NCBI RefSeq assembly: GCF_004010195.1
Contig: NC_057718.1
Span: 51,293,941 to 51,357,940 of the forward strand
Reading direction: 5' to 3'
Source of the DNA: Chiloscyllium plagiosum
Lineage: Eukaryota
Length of the DNA stretch: 64,000 nucleotides
This document shows, in pieces, positions 12,990 to 24,614 of this stretch (position 1 is its first letter; the number at the start of each line of letters is the position of its first letter). The notes under the pieces are model-generated. The model ran no database searches and was not told the DNA's origin. It was given only the letters and a program-made list of their open reading frames with translations. A program made the translations under genes and the position numbers.

Positions 12990-13830
12990 CAATTTACACG
13001 CATTCACATCATGATTACCTAAACTTGCCTCATTTTTGTGCAATTACATATTCTCCCACACACGGGAGAGAAACTTGGTGGCAACAAGTCCTTACACAAA
13101 AGTTAAAGTGAATACCTGATAGCTCTCCTTTGCTCCCCAGGGTTTCCATAATGGACAGCAGTCCCTAACATCTTAGTTGACACTCCATGGGCAGGAACTG
13201 CCTGCACTGACCTTCCTGTGTGGGATTTCACAATCATTAATCAACAAACATATGAAGGCTGTTATTGTAGCAGATCAAATTGTTTCATCTTGTTTCCTCA
13301 TGACGAGCTCAGTGATGCAGCTTGGGCAGCAGGCTTTGGCAATAAAGCTGGCTTTCCCAGGTGCAGGATGCTGTAGACTGTATACACACCGTACTGAGGG
13401 TGCCATATCATAATTCAGCTCACTTCATCCACAGAACAGCTTCTATTTCATCAATGTACAAGTCAACATTGATCATCCATTCCACATCTTAGGAATGTGT
13501 GCCAAATAACCTGGAAGTTGACAGGATGCACATGTCCTTGCGATCTCTCAAAATCCTGCATCTTTTCAAGGATGGATGCCTTATGAGGGTCATTATTGAG
13601 AGATAAAGGCAACTCGCTGTATCCATGGCTAATGAATTTGTGACAAAAGCCCCTAAATGATGCAGAGCTTAGATGCAATGCAGCTTATTCTTTGATCAGG
13701 ATCATGGTGGGATAATCAATAGGCCTGCCAAAGATGAGGTTTCAATCCTTGGCTCGATGTGGGAGTCCAGTCCAGTCAAAGCACAGTCCAAACAAAGTGA
13801 TGGCATAAGCCTGCACAGATGAACCAGAAA
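12990..13830 (+). pseudogene. PIF/Harbinger DDE transposase fossil (HARBI1-like)
   Basis: Across frameshifts: LCGISQS...AGFP/VQDAVDCIH...FINVQ...CAK*PGS*QDA...LLRDKGNSLYPWLM...IGLPKMRFQSL. Confidence 0.85.
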
Positions 13831-15696
13831 AGAGGGGATGTGATGAACTCACTGAGAGAGTGGTAGCAGTCTTCCAAGGAGAAGAATGAGGACAGGAGGA
13901 ACATCTCCTTCACACTGACTGAGCAGTGCAGCAGCAGATGCAACAAAACAGACAGGACTTAATTGACACCCAGTTCCACAGATGCAAGATGGGTGCAGTG
14001 ACCGGAAATTTCTGATTCCTCGTTCTCAACCATTCGAAGGCTTTATGGAACATGATGTTCCTATATTGAACAATGAGTCCGTGTTATACTACATTGGATG
14101 TTAGGGAAACAAAAGCACTCCCTCAGTCAGGGCTCTTGGATGGGATGGCACTAAGGATGGGTTACCTGTTTATCTTTAGTTACAACAAAAGTACATCACC
14201 TTGATGGTGATGTAAAACAGCAACATATTTACAAATATGAACATGCAATTAAATGTTACTTGTACCACCTATGTGCCTCAGAAGTGTTTCGTATGATCTG
14301 CTTCCATTATGTATGTTGTGAAAGTAACTACTGCCTGGTTAAAGCTTGACATGGTGCATGGCTGAGTTCTAAAAATGGCATCAGAGCCAGGCATCCCAGA
14401 AGGTCCCATTAGTGGGGAGAACTTCAGCCATTGCTGACTGAACAATAACGTGAGTGGCGCCACAGAGTGTAGTACATGCATTATAAAGCAAGCTTCGAAA
14501 ACTGCAAGACATAAGCTGCTCAAGGTCATGCACAAGCCACTCCATGTAGCTCCCTGAAATTCACACTTCACTGATATTTAATAAAATTTAGCCCACAACG
14601 TAACATAGGAACAGGATAGATGAAGATAATTAAAATGAGATTGTGGAGTGCAAATGTTGACTGAATGATTGGACCAATGACCTGCTTACATACTGCAACT
14701 TTTTTAATGTGAAATTGGCTACCAGTTAATTTACTGGGACTGTCACGGATGCCAAATCCCTAAAATTATATTGCTCATCATCTATGATCAACATCTGAAT
14801 GTTTATCTATCATTATTCAGACCAAAGGTGTATTCATCTCTTAACATTACAAAACATTTAAGTTATTATTACAAGTTTTATTTATACTTATTTTGTATCA
14901 GCTGCAGATACCAATCAGTTTTTAAATCTTTGGTGAGAAGTTAGATTCAGTTAACAAGCAGAGGTTGTACTGAATACAACATTTTTTTTAATGTAAAGGC
15001 ATGTTTGAATCAATCTTTAAAACAAACTGCAGCACAGCTGTTTCCTGTAGCCAATTTTGTACTAGCTGTTTTCTTCATTTCATCAAACTGTCAGTCAGTA
15101 AGACTTTTCATTTTGGATCTGATAGAGTGAAACTCCTGATGCACTCAATTTTGATGACAAGTGGGTTTTTGCAATAATAGGTTTCCACTGTATTATCAAG
15201 AAAATTCCCTGCATTTCTTTTGATTCTACTTAATATCATCCAATTTTTGGAAGTTACATGTAATCAAAAATGTGCCGGCACATTTTGAAAACTTGAAGAC
15301 CCTTCGCACGATAGCTGTCTCATTTTTGGAAGTCAAAACCCTGTTTTGGAAATATTAATCAGTTTCACTTCAGATTGTATGTACAAACATGAGCCAAAAC
15401 AAAATCTTACACTCTTAGAAAAAAAGTGAATTACTGCAAATGCTGGAGATTTTATATAAAGAACAAAGCCGCATTGGATTTGATACATTGGGTTGTTTTT
15501 TTTTGGCTAAATGTCAGTTTCATTATGTTTCATGGTGACTTACCCTCTGTGAGACCTTGTGAGATTTCTTGCCACATTTTCCCAAGCTTACTACTCCTGT
15601 GATGCCCTTCTTGTCTTATTCTAGCTCCATTCAACCACTTACCAAACCAAGAACAACATATTACAGCTGGAATATCCCAGAATGGACTTAAATTTC

Positions 15697-16503
15697 CTGA
15701 GGAGTCGCAGATGGAGTTTAATTTAGATAAATGTGAGGTGCTGCATTTTGGAAAGGCAGAACTTATACACTTAATGGGAATGTTGCTGAACAAAGATACC
15801 TTGGCGTACATGTTCTTAGTTAAATAAAAGTGGAGTCGCAGCTAGATAGGTTAGTGAAGAAAGCGTATGGTATGCTTTGCTTTATTGGTCAGAGTACTGA
15901 CTATAGGAGTTGGGAGGTTCTGTACGGCTGTACAGAACATTGGTTAGGCCACTTTTAGAATATTGCATGCAATTCTGATCTCCCTCCTATCAGTAGGACG
16001 TTGTGAAACTTGAAAGGGTTCAGAAAAGATTTACAAGAATGTTTCCAGGGTTGGAGGATTCGAGCTATAGGGAGAGGCTGAACAGGCTGGGGCTGTTCTC
16101 CCTGGAGCATCAGAGGCTGAGGTGCGACCTTATAGAGGTTTATAAAATTATGAAGAGCATGGATGGGTAAATAACAATGTATTTTCCCTGGGGTGGGGGA
16201 GTCCAGAATTACAGGTGTTTAGGTGAGAGGGGAAAAATTTAAAAGGGACCTAAGGGGCAACTTTTCCATGCAGATGGTGCTCCGTGTATGGAATGAGCTG
16301 CCAGAGGATGTGGTGGAGGCTAGTACAATTACAACAATTAAAAGGTATTTGGATGGGTATATGAATAGGAAGGGTTTAGAGGGATATGGCCAAGTGCTCG
16401 CTAATGGAACAAGAATAGGTTAGGATATCTGGTCAGCATGGACGAGTTGGACCAAAGGGTTTGTTTCCATGCTGTACATCTCTATGGCACTATGACTCTA
16501 TGA
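15697..16503 (+). mobile_element. CR1 LINE 3' end, 5'-truncated
   Basis: QMEFNLDKCEVLHFG...RVWNELPEDVVEA; (ctatga)n tail. Confidence 0.95.
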
Positions 16504-16529
16504 TAGTTGCCCCGATTTGACCGGGGACA

Positions 16530-17050
16530 ATTGGTAGCTCGTGTTACTGGAGGGAAAGTGGAAGTCCTGCTGAACGGAATGGTGCAGAGGTAGAATGTCC
16601 TTTTCCTCCAGGACTAGCAGAGGAGGCCTCAAAACCAGACCACGTGAATCTGGTCTGAGATCACCTTGCAAGTCAGTGCTGTCTCATGCTTCTGGAGGAA
16701 TATACAGCACAGGTCAATGACCTTCCACACTCTGTCAGTATGAATGTCGCCATCTCCTCACTGGTGTCTCACACTCAGTCTCTCTCTGCTACCATACCCA
16801 ACTCCACATTAAGGGGCATGCTCTACTCCTCTCACAATTGCCTGCAACATCTTCCTTCACTTGTTCTCACCCATCCCAGTCATGCCCTCTGCAGTGACTA
16901 CTCCACAAACTTGGGACGCCACAACCAATAGTAATAGCTGTACTACCCATTTTCATCTCCCTGAATACCCGCCTCTCTCTTATTCCTGGACGAAAGAACT
17001 AAGGCCTGTGGTGGGCTCCTTACCCCTTATGAGGTGAGGTTTTTGACTTT
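16530..17050 (+). pseudogene. Second Myb/SANT-like (Harbinger accessory gene) fossil
   Basis: VEVLLNGMVQR*NVLF...IWSEITLQVSAVSCFWRN...VNDL; donor-like GTATGA at 16738; later LTPYEVR; intron homologous to 4388-4659. Confidence 0.7.
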
Positions 17051-17089
17051 AACTCAGGTTGCTCTTGACTTACTGCACTAGGAGCCCCT

Positions 17090-17287
17090 GACCAGGTGTG
17101 GATGGCAGATTCCTTTCGTAAAGGAAGGAATTACTGAATCAGATGGGGCTTTACAACAATCACAAACAGATTCATAATTATTATTAGATTCTCAATTCCA
17201 GATTTTGTTTAATGAATCCAAATTCCATCATTACTCAGGTCTCTGGAAGAACTGTCCAACGTTAATGCCACTCGGCCATCGCCTCCC
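17090..17287 (-). mobile_element. tRNA-derived shark SINE (DeuSINE/SacSINE1-like, name inferred), partial
   Basis: Minus strand begins gggaggcgatggccgagtgg (A-box-like); colinear with 1545-2335. Confidence 0.65.
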
Positions 17288-18319
17288 TTTATTAATAATC
17301 TTATTAGCAAACAATAATCCCATTGTCTCGTGAGAATCTTGTCTCACCACACAGGACCTATTACAAGATGCAGCAATTTAGTCACAATGATGAGATTGGC
17401 CTCATTGCAATTTTTGCACATTTCTGCAGCATTGCTCACCACAGTCCACGTCATTCAGGTCCCTATAGCATTCCACACATTAACTTCACTCTCTTTCTAC
17501 AGATGCTGACAGGCCTGCTGAGTTTCCCTTTCTCTTTCTGTGTCTGTTTTAACATCATCCAAAATTGGAATGCTTTAGACAACACCGATACTCTCACTAC
17601 ATGATGACATAACATTTGAAAAAGGATAGAAAGAAACCAATGAAATGGAATCTCTCATCTCTCCCTTCCCACAACCCCAATAAAACTTCTACGGCATCTT
17701 CCTTTTACCATAGCCATTTTGAAGACTGGTTTTTGCTAAATTATCTTTCCAACATTTGATTCCACTGCAGATAATGCACAATTTGTCACAAGGGCACGTA
17801 AAACTTTCTCCCAATGATTCTCCACATTCTCTGAATGATACTCCATCATTGTTCCAATCAAATCAATGTAAATCTCAGAAAATGAAGCTGTTATGTCTGC
17901 TATAAGTTAGAAGGAGAAGAACAATAACTTTCTCCTCCTGTGGACAAAATATACAATCCTGCAAATTACTTTCCATATTGTCTTTTTAACTAAACTGACT
18001 GGCGCGTTCAACAAAATTGCATGTAGTATTAAAAAGCCATATGTGTTTTACCTCTACAAAACCATCTTATCATTGATACAATTCCACTTCAGCTTCAAGC
18101 AGATAGACCAAAACATCTAAGAACAAAATATTATCCTCAAACTTGACTAATTAATCATGAATGATTTTGCAAGCAAATAATATGATTTGGAGCAATTCCA
18201 AGCAAAAGAGTTCTTCATTTATGGGGGATAAGAATACTTCACTCCAAAGCACAAATGCAAACTTTCTGAGTCCAGCAGCCAAACTGGGATCCCTTCCCAT
18301 ATTTTCTTGCCCACACGTA

Positions 18320-18990
18320 AGTCATTGAGTCATACAGCATAGAAACAGCCCCATTAGAGCAACTCATTCAGGTTTCCGTTTGTTTGAGTTTGGTCCATAT
18401 CCCTCTAAACCTTTTCTATCAATGTAGCTGTCTAAATGTCTTCTAGATGTTGTCATTGTACCTGCCTCCACCACTTCCTCCAGCAGCTCATTCCATACAC
18501 GCACCACCCTTTGTGTGAAAAAGTTGCCCCTCAGGTACCTTTTAATTTTTTCCCTTCTCACCTTAAACTGACATCCTGGGAAAAAGACCTTGACTATTCA
18601 CTTTGTCTATGCCGATCATGATTTTTGAAACCTCTGTAAGGTCGCCCCTCTGCCACCTGTGGTCCAGGGAAAATAGTCCCAGCCTATCCAGCCTCTCCTT
18701 ATAACACAAACCTTCTCGTCTGGGTAATATTCTTGTGAATCATTTTTGCTCCCTTTCCAGTTTAATAACATTCTTCCTATAACAGGGTGACTAGAATTGT
18801 GTGCAGTATTCCAAATGTGGCCTTATCAATGTCTTGTACAGCCATAACATGACATCATTCTTCGAAACTCCAGTGAGTACAGTTCTAACCTATTGGGTCT
18901 TTGCTCATAAGACAATCTCTTCATTCCAAGGAATATCCTTCTGAATTTTTTTCTGAACCGCCTTCAACAAAATGATATTCCTTCCATACA
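18320..18990 (-). mobile_element. CR1 LINE 3' end plus an adjacent older CR1 piece
   Basis: ORF 18364-18561 RGNFFTQRVVRVWNELLEEVVEAG; tail gtcattgagtcatacagc. Confidence 0.9.
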
Positions 18991-19917
18991 GGGCCAATGC
19001 AGAGTGAAAACCTGACACGACCTCCCTAAACGAAAAAAATTCTGTTGGCTCTTCCATATCTCTGAATTTCAAAGATAGTAACTTCAAATTATCATTTTTA
19101 ATATTGGGGGCTACAATTTTAATCGAATAAATTCACTTCTATTGAATACATGAAAATTAACTACTCTCTAACTCTTTCATTAAAAAATATTTTTGAAACG
19201 GAAGTGATTATAGTTACTTTGCCAATGGATAACCAACAAAGAAAAATTCTACAATAGATTCCTTAAAAAACAGCTTGGATAGCAAAACATAAACTACATA
19301 AGATTGTGAAAGATATATTGTAGCCATGTAGCATGAGCATTTGATACCCATTTTTCTTCACAACAGACTATAATTTTACAGTTAAGATTCATGAATTGTT
19401 AACCTCAACTAAATTAGATTCTTCTATAGCACATAAAAATTCTATTGTACCAATTAACCTTCTGCTATGTAGAAACAGCTGAATTTCATCAGGTAACTAG
19501 GGATAACCTGACTCACATAAAGAAGAAATATTGCATAAAATGCAGGCTTATTAAAGTGGCAATGTTATATTTATCTGATCACCAATAACATTCCATAAAG
19601 CATGGTGTGCTTAAAGAATCCTCTACACTCATTAACTGAGTGTCATTCATTGCTTAAGATTTTGATCATTGTAAGACACAAGGTTTATGAGAGCATACTG
19701 GCTATCAATGACAGGTTATCATTCCCTGAAGGATATCAGTGAATCTTTTAACCTTTTACACAATCTTCTAATTGCATGGCCATCTTTTAGTACTTGACTA
19801 CAAGTTCCCAGTTTTCTTTTACTCCCCACAGTTTAGCTGTAAGTGAACCTGTTAATCCCATCTTCAAGAATTGCAGGATCAATAGAAAAGCACATAATTT
19901 ATTAGAGCATGTGGATA

Positions 19918-20091
19918 AAGTGAGGGCTGCAGATGCTGGAGATCAGAGCTGAAAATGTGTTGCTGGAAAAGTGCAGCAGGTCAGGCAGCATCCAAGGAAC
20001 AGGAGAATCGACGTTTCGGGCATAAGCTGAAACGTCGATTCTCCTGTTCCTTGGATGCTCCTGACCTGCTGTGCTTTTCCAGCAACACATC
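19918..20091. mobile_element. Palindromic Penelope-derived element with 15-bp TSD
   Basis: tagagcatgtggata at 19903-19917 and 20092-20106; inverted arms 19955-20017 and 20029-20090. Confidence 0.9.
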
Positions 20092-20164
20092 TAGAGCATG
20101 TGGATACCTAAAGTAGGGACCTATATATTGACACTGCACAAGGAAAGACAAAGATCAAGACAAT

Positions 20165-21260
20165 GAGGGAAAACAATCTCTTAGCATTTACCCTGCCAAA
20201 CCCCTTAAGATATGTTTCAATGAGATAACCTGTCATTCTTCTAAATTCCAGTGAGGAGAGTTTCAACTTGTTTAGCCTTTGCTCATAAGACAATCATTCC
20301 ATACCAGGGATCATCCCAGTGAACTTTTTCTTAACTGTCTCCAATCAAATGATATTCTTTGCTAAGTAAGGAGACCAAACCTCCACACGGTACTCCAGAT
20401 GTGATCTCACCAGCACATGGCACAGATGCAGTTAGGCTTCCCTACTCTTATACTTCAATCCTCTTAAAATATGGGCTATTCAGCCTTCCTGATTACCTGC
20501 TGCTGCTGTGTGCTAGCTTTCTCTGTTTCATGCAGAAGTATCCCAAGGCCCTATGTGTTGCAGCTTTCTACAGTTTTTTTTTTCCATTTTACGATGTTTG
20601 TTCATTTGATCTCCCTTCCAAAATGAACAACTTCATGTTTTCCCACATTATACTTCATTTGCCCACTTGTTTAACCTATCAATATCTCACAGTAAACTGT
20701 TTGTGTTGTATTGTAAACCTGCCTTTCCATCTATTTTTGTGTTTAAACTTAGCTACAATACATTCACTTTCTTCATTCAAGTCATTAATATATATTGTAA
20801 ACAATTATGGTCCCAGCACTGGTCCCTGTGGAACATCACTGGTCACAAGTCACCAACCTGAAAAGGAACCCCTTATCCCCATTCACTTTTTCTAGCCCAT
20901 TAACCAATTCTCTATCCATCCCAATAGATCACCTACAACACCATGGGCTTTTATTTTCTTACTTAACCATTTGTGAGGAACCTTCCCTTCTCAAAGCTCA
21001 AATACAACACATCTGTTAGTTCCTTTATCCACTCTGGTTGAGACTTTCTAGAAAATCTCTCATAAATTGATCAGTCATAATTTCCCAACAATGAAGCCAT
21101 GCTAATTCTGTTCGACTGGATTACAACTTTTCAAATGGTCTGTTATTACATCCTTAAGTAATGGATTCCAATTCTTTTCCAACAATATATGCTAGGCGAA
21201 TCGGCCGATAGTTGCCCACTTTATGCCTCCCACTACCCCTAAGCAGTTTTCCAATTCTTC
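20165..21260 (-). mobile_element. Old CR1 LINE (RT to near 3' end)
   Basis: Reverse strand VTSDVPQGPVLGP..FTIYINDL; SYEQRLNKLKLSSLEFRRM. Confidence 0.85.
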
Positions 21261-22319
21261 AGCATTACTTACTCGTATAACCATTTTTCAATCTTCACCC
21301 AAGTTCTATCACCAGCACAACGTTAGATAAAACTGCAGTCCACTGCCATGTCATGTTCTAACCTTTCCCAAGCTGCCATGCTGCTTCCAGTGGAAAAGTT
21401 AATTTTGAACTAAACACAGTCACTGAAGATGGTATCAACAAAGTCCACAAGCCTTGGAAAAAGCCAGAACAATTTCAATGACATTTTAAAGTGTCAAACC
21501 ATATATATAAAAATTGGTGAAAACAACATGTTTTTTATTTCATCATGTAAAAAAACATTCACAATTAATATTGGCATCAAGCATAAGCTAATTATTTGCA
21601 GTTCTTTTTGCTACATCATCTAAATCTCAGTTAAAAAAACATGTGAGGGAACCAAGATGTAATGTAGATAAGACATTTGTACATTGTACACTGAGTTGAC
21701 AAGGCTTGTATTGATATTCAGTTGCTTCTTAACAAGTCATAGAGAAATATGTTCAAAAGCTATTTTCAAATATTTAGGAACATAGATTCTGCTGTCACTT
21801 TCATAATAGTTTTGTGATGAAAATTAAATATGGCTTTTTTCTCTCTCTCTTCCTCATCATTTCCAGGTAGTAATTTTGCCTTTCTGAAATAGTGTAATTT
21901 GCAAATTAACAGCCAGCTTACTTCTCTCCGAACTTTTGTTTTCATTGATGTCAAAATTATTTCATTAAATCACACAATTGGAAATTTATTATACTTTCTT
22001 ATTAACTTTGATGTTTTTTAAACATAATATGACGGTGTATTTTAGTTACAATCATGAACCTTCAGATCAATTGCTATGACAAACATATTGCTCAGCCTCT
22101 TGCATCTATCACTGTGCTGCCTGTGGAATAGACTCTGACTGCAGGTAGTGCAGAATGACACTTTGATACCTACTTAGAATGCTCAATTTCAAAATGTTAC
22201 CACTGGAAAGATATGAGGGTCATCAGCCTGTGAACAATAATGAAACAATACTACTTTTTGTCAGAGATATTTGAATAAACGTGATTTTATTTTCTATTTT
22301 TCTATTTCTTAGCAAAAAG

Positions 22320-22700
22320 AAGAATACCTCAAAACATGTTGTTGCCAGAACACAAAAACTCTGTTTGATCTCATTGCAGATCTCAAAGGGTTCTGATGTG
22401 GCACCACCATAGCTGACCTTACCCATCATGTTATCAGGGAATAAGGAGATCACATTGAACAGATGTACAGGAGAATCAGTATTCTCTGGCAGCTTGAATA
22501 GACAGTGTCTGGAAGAATTTTAGATACAAGATTTATCTGGAGATCTGGGAGCAGCCTTCTGTCTTATAAGCTAATGGCTTGCACCTTCTGCATTAAGGAA
22601 TACTGCATGTGGCTCAGGAGCTCCACTTCTTTTGAGCAATATCTGGCCCCATTCACTGCAAAGCACAACATAGAGCTGATAAGGTGCATGACCGCAGCTT
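22320..22700 (-). mobile_element. RTE-clade LINE RT fragment
   Basis: ISLFPDNMMGKVSYGGATSEPFEICNEIKQSFCVLATTCF resembles the RTE motif GVKQGCVLAPTLF. Confidence 0.75.
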
Positions 22701-22797
22701 GCAGAAACCTGTGAATTCCTATAATTAAAGTTTGAGTTAATTTGAAAAAGGGTGAAAGGGATTCGAAAGTGAAAGAACGTCAATTGAGACAATTGGT

Positions 22798-23122
22798 GGG
22801 CGGCACGGTGGCACAGTGGTTAGCACTGCTGCCTCACAGCGCCAGAGACCCGGGTTCAATTCCCGCCTCAGGCGACTGACTGTGTGGAGTTTGCATGTTC
22901 TCCCCGTGTCTGCGTGGGTTTCCTCCGGGTACTCCGGTTTCCTCCCACAGTCCAAAGATGTGCAGGTCAGGTGAATTGGCCATACTAAATTGCCTGTAGT
23001 GTTAGGTAAGGGGTAAAATGTAAATGTAGGGGTAGGGATATGGGTGGGTTGCGCTTCGGTGGGTCAGTGTGGACTTGTTGGGCCGAAGGGCCTGTTTCCA
23101 CACTGTAATGTAATCTAATCTA
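22798..23122 (+). mobile_element. Full-length, young HE1-type SINE (tRNA-derived)
   Basis: A box tggcacagtgg, B box gggttcaattccc, central gagtttgcatgttctccccgtgtctgcgtgggtttcctc, (taatc)n tail; CpGs retained. Confidence 0.95.
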
Positions 23123-23173
23123 TTAGAAACTTATGCTCAGGAGAGCATTTTACCTGTGAAAAATTGAATTAAT

Positions 23174-23277
23174 TAGAGTCATAGACTCATACAGCAAGAA
23201 ACAGATTCTTTAGTCCAACTTGGCCATACCAACCAGACATCCCAATCTGACCTTGTCCTATTTGCCAGCATTTGGCT
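23174..23277 (-). mobile_element. CR1 3' UTR stub
   Basis: tagagtcatagactcatacagc tail followed by 3' UTR matching other CR1 copies. Confidence 0.85.
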
Positions 23278-23284
23278 AATGCAT

Positions 23285-24600
23285 GTAGAGATAATTGACA
23301 GCCCAAGATAGTCTACTGTACACAAGATATAGAATCATTATCCCAGAGGAATTGAAAAGAAAGATGCTAAACCATATCTATCGAGCCACTAAGGATTTAA
23401 ATCAAGTCTTAGGAAGGCACGAAGATATGCTTTACTGTCCAAACATAAACAACAAAATCAAAAACCAATTCAGCCAGTGAAATGCTCATAATGACATGAA
23501 GCTAAGCAAGCTGGAGAGCTAGAGATGACAGACCATGGATGAAGCTGGGAGTAAATCCCTTCATGCATGCAGGCATCTTGTTACTGTATACTATCATTCT
23601 GACAACAAGTTGACTTCAATAACTATTGCTGAGATTGTCAAATGCCTAACAGGGCACTTCAGCCATTATGGCATATTTGGCAAATTCAACATAAACATTA
23701 TCCACATTATTTCCAGTCAAATAGGAAGATTAATACGGCAGTGATACTCACCAAAGGAATCATAAAGAAAGTAAATCCCACTAGATTCCTCAAGTGGAGA
23801 AGCTCATTACTGAAGGCAGGGAAAAACAAATGTCATACTGTACACAGATTACTCTTCCAATCGTACTAAAAACTACTGAAGCCATAGGTAGTAATAGGTG
23901 AGTGAAAAATCAAGGTGCAACAGCAGAAAGCCCTGTTAAACTGTTGGCAGAATTCAGTATTGGAGTACAGTTTAGGGCATAAACAGGCAATGCTCTTAAC
24001 AAAAGCCAGCCCAAGTGATAACTTGGGATCTGTGTGGAGCAGTTATCATCTTCATCGTAAGCACTGGAAGTGAATGACCAGATTTCCCATTGCAACCTCA
24101 GGCACATACTCCCAAACTGTAAAAGGTGTTTCTCAACTGCAGGCAGCTGATCAGGAGAACACACCATGACACAGCTCACACATCAACCATCGTGCCAAGA
24201 TGTCCACACCAAACCATCCAACAGAAATAGGACAGCAATGGTTTCTATCCCCAGCAACAACAAATAGCAAAGGAATGACACTCTCTGATTAAATAACACC
24301 ACCCAGATGGTCAGCCAACAACAAAATACTCCCACATATGATTAAGAGACAAGCACGATTTAAGAACTGTGTCTGCAATGCAGAGAGATGGAAACGATGA
24401 ACAGTAGTGTATATAGTTGGTAATTTAGGTAACTACAAATTAATGTATGCATTTTTTTGTTTCTTTGTGTCAAGTTGTGGATATTTGGATAGAAATGCAA
24501 CAATGCACAAATATCTATCCTAGTCTTCCATAGTCATGTGATCTCAACAATGAGGCACATACCATGTAGGCAGACATCTTAAGATTCACTATTAACGCAA
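23285..24600 (+). mobile_element. Gypsy LTR retrotransposon fossil (integrase to 3' LTR remnant)
   Basis: LLYTRYRIIIPEELKRKMLNHIY...LYCPNINNKIK; RPWMKLGVN; LVTVYYHSD; colinear with 44030-45480. Confidence 0.8.
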
Positions 24601-24614
24601 AACAACAGTAATCT

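Noticed and set aside
20359..20895. 178-aa hydrophobic ORF
   Set aside because: Antisense reading of an old CR1
22798..22870. tRNA-like A and B boxes
   Set aside because: SINE head; no complete cloverleaf
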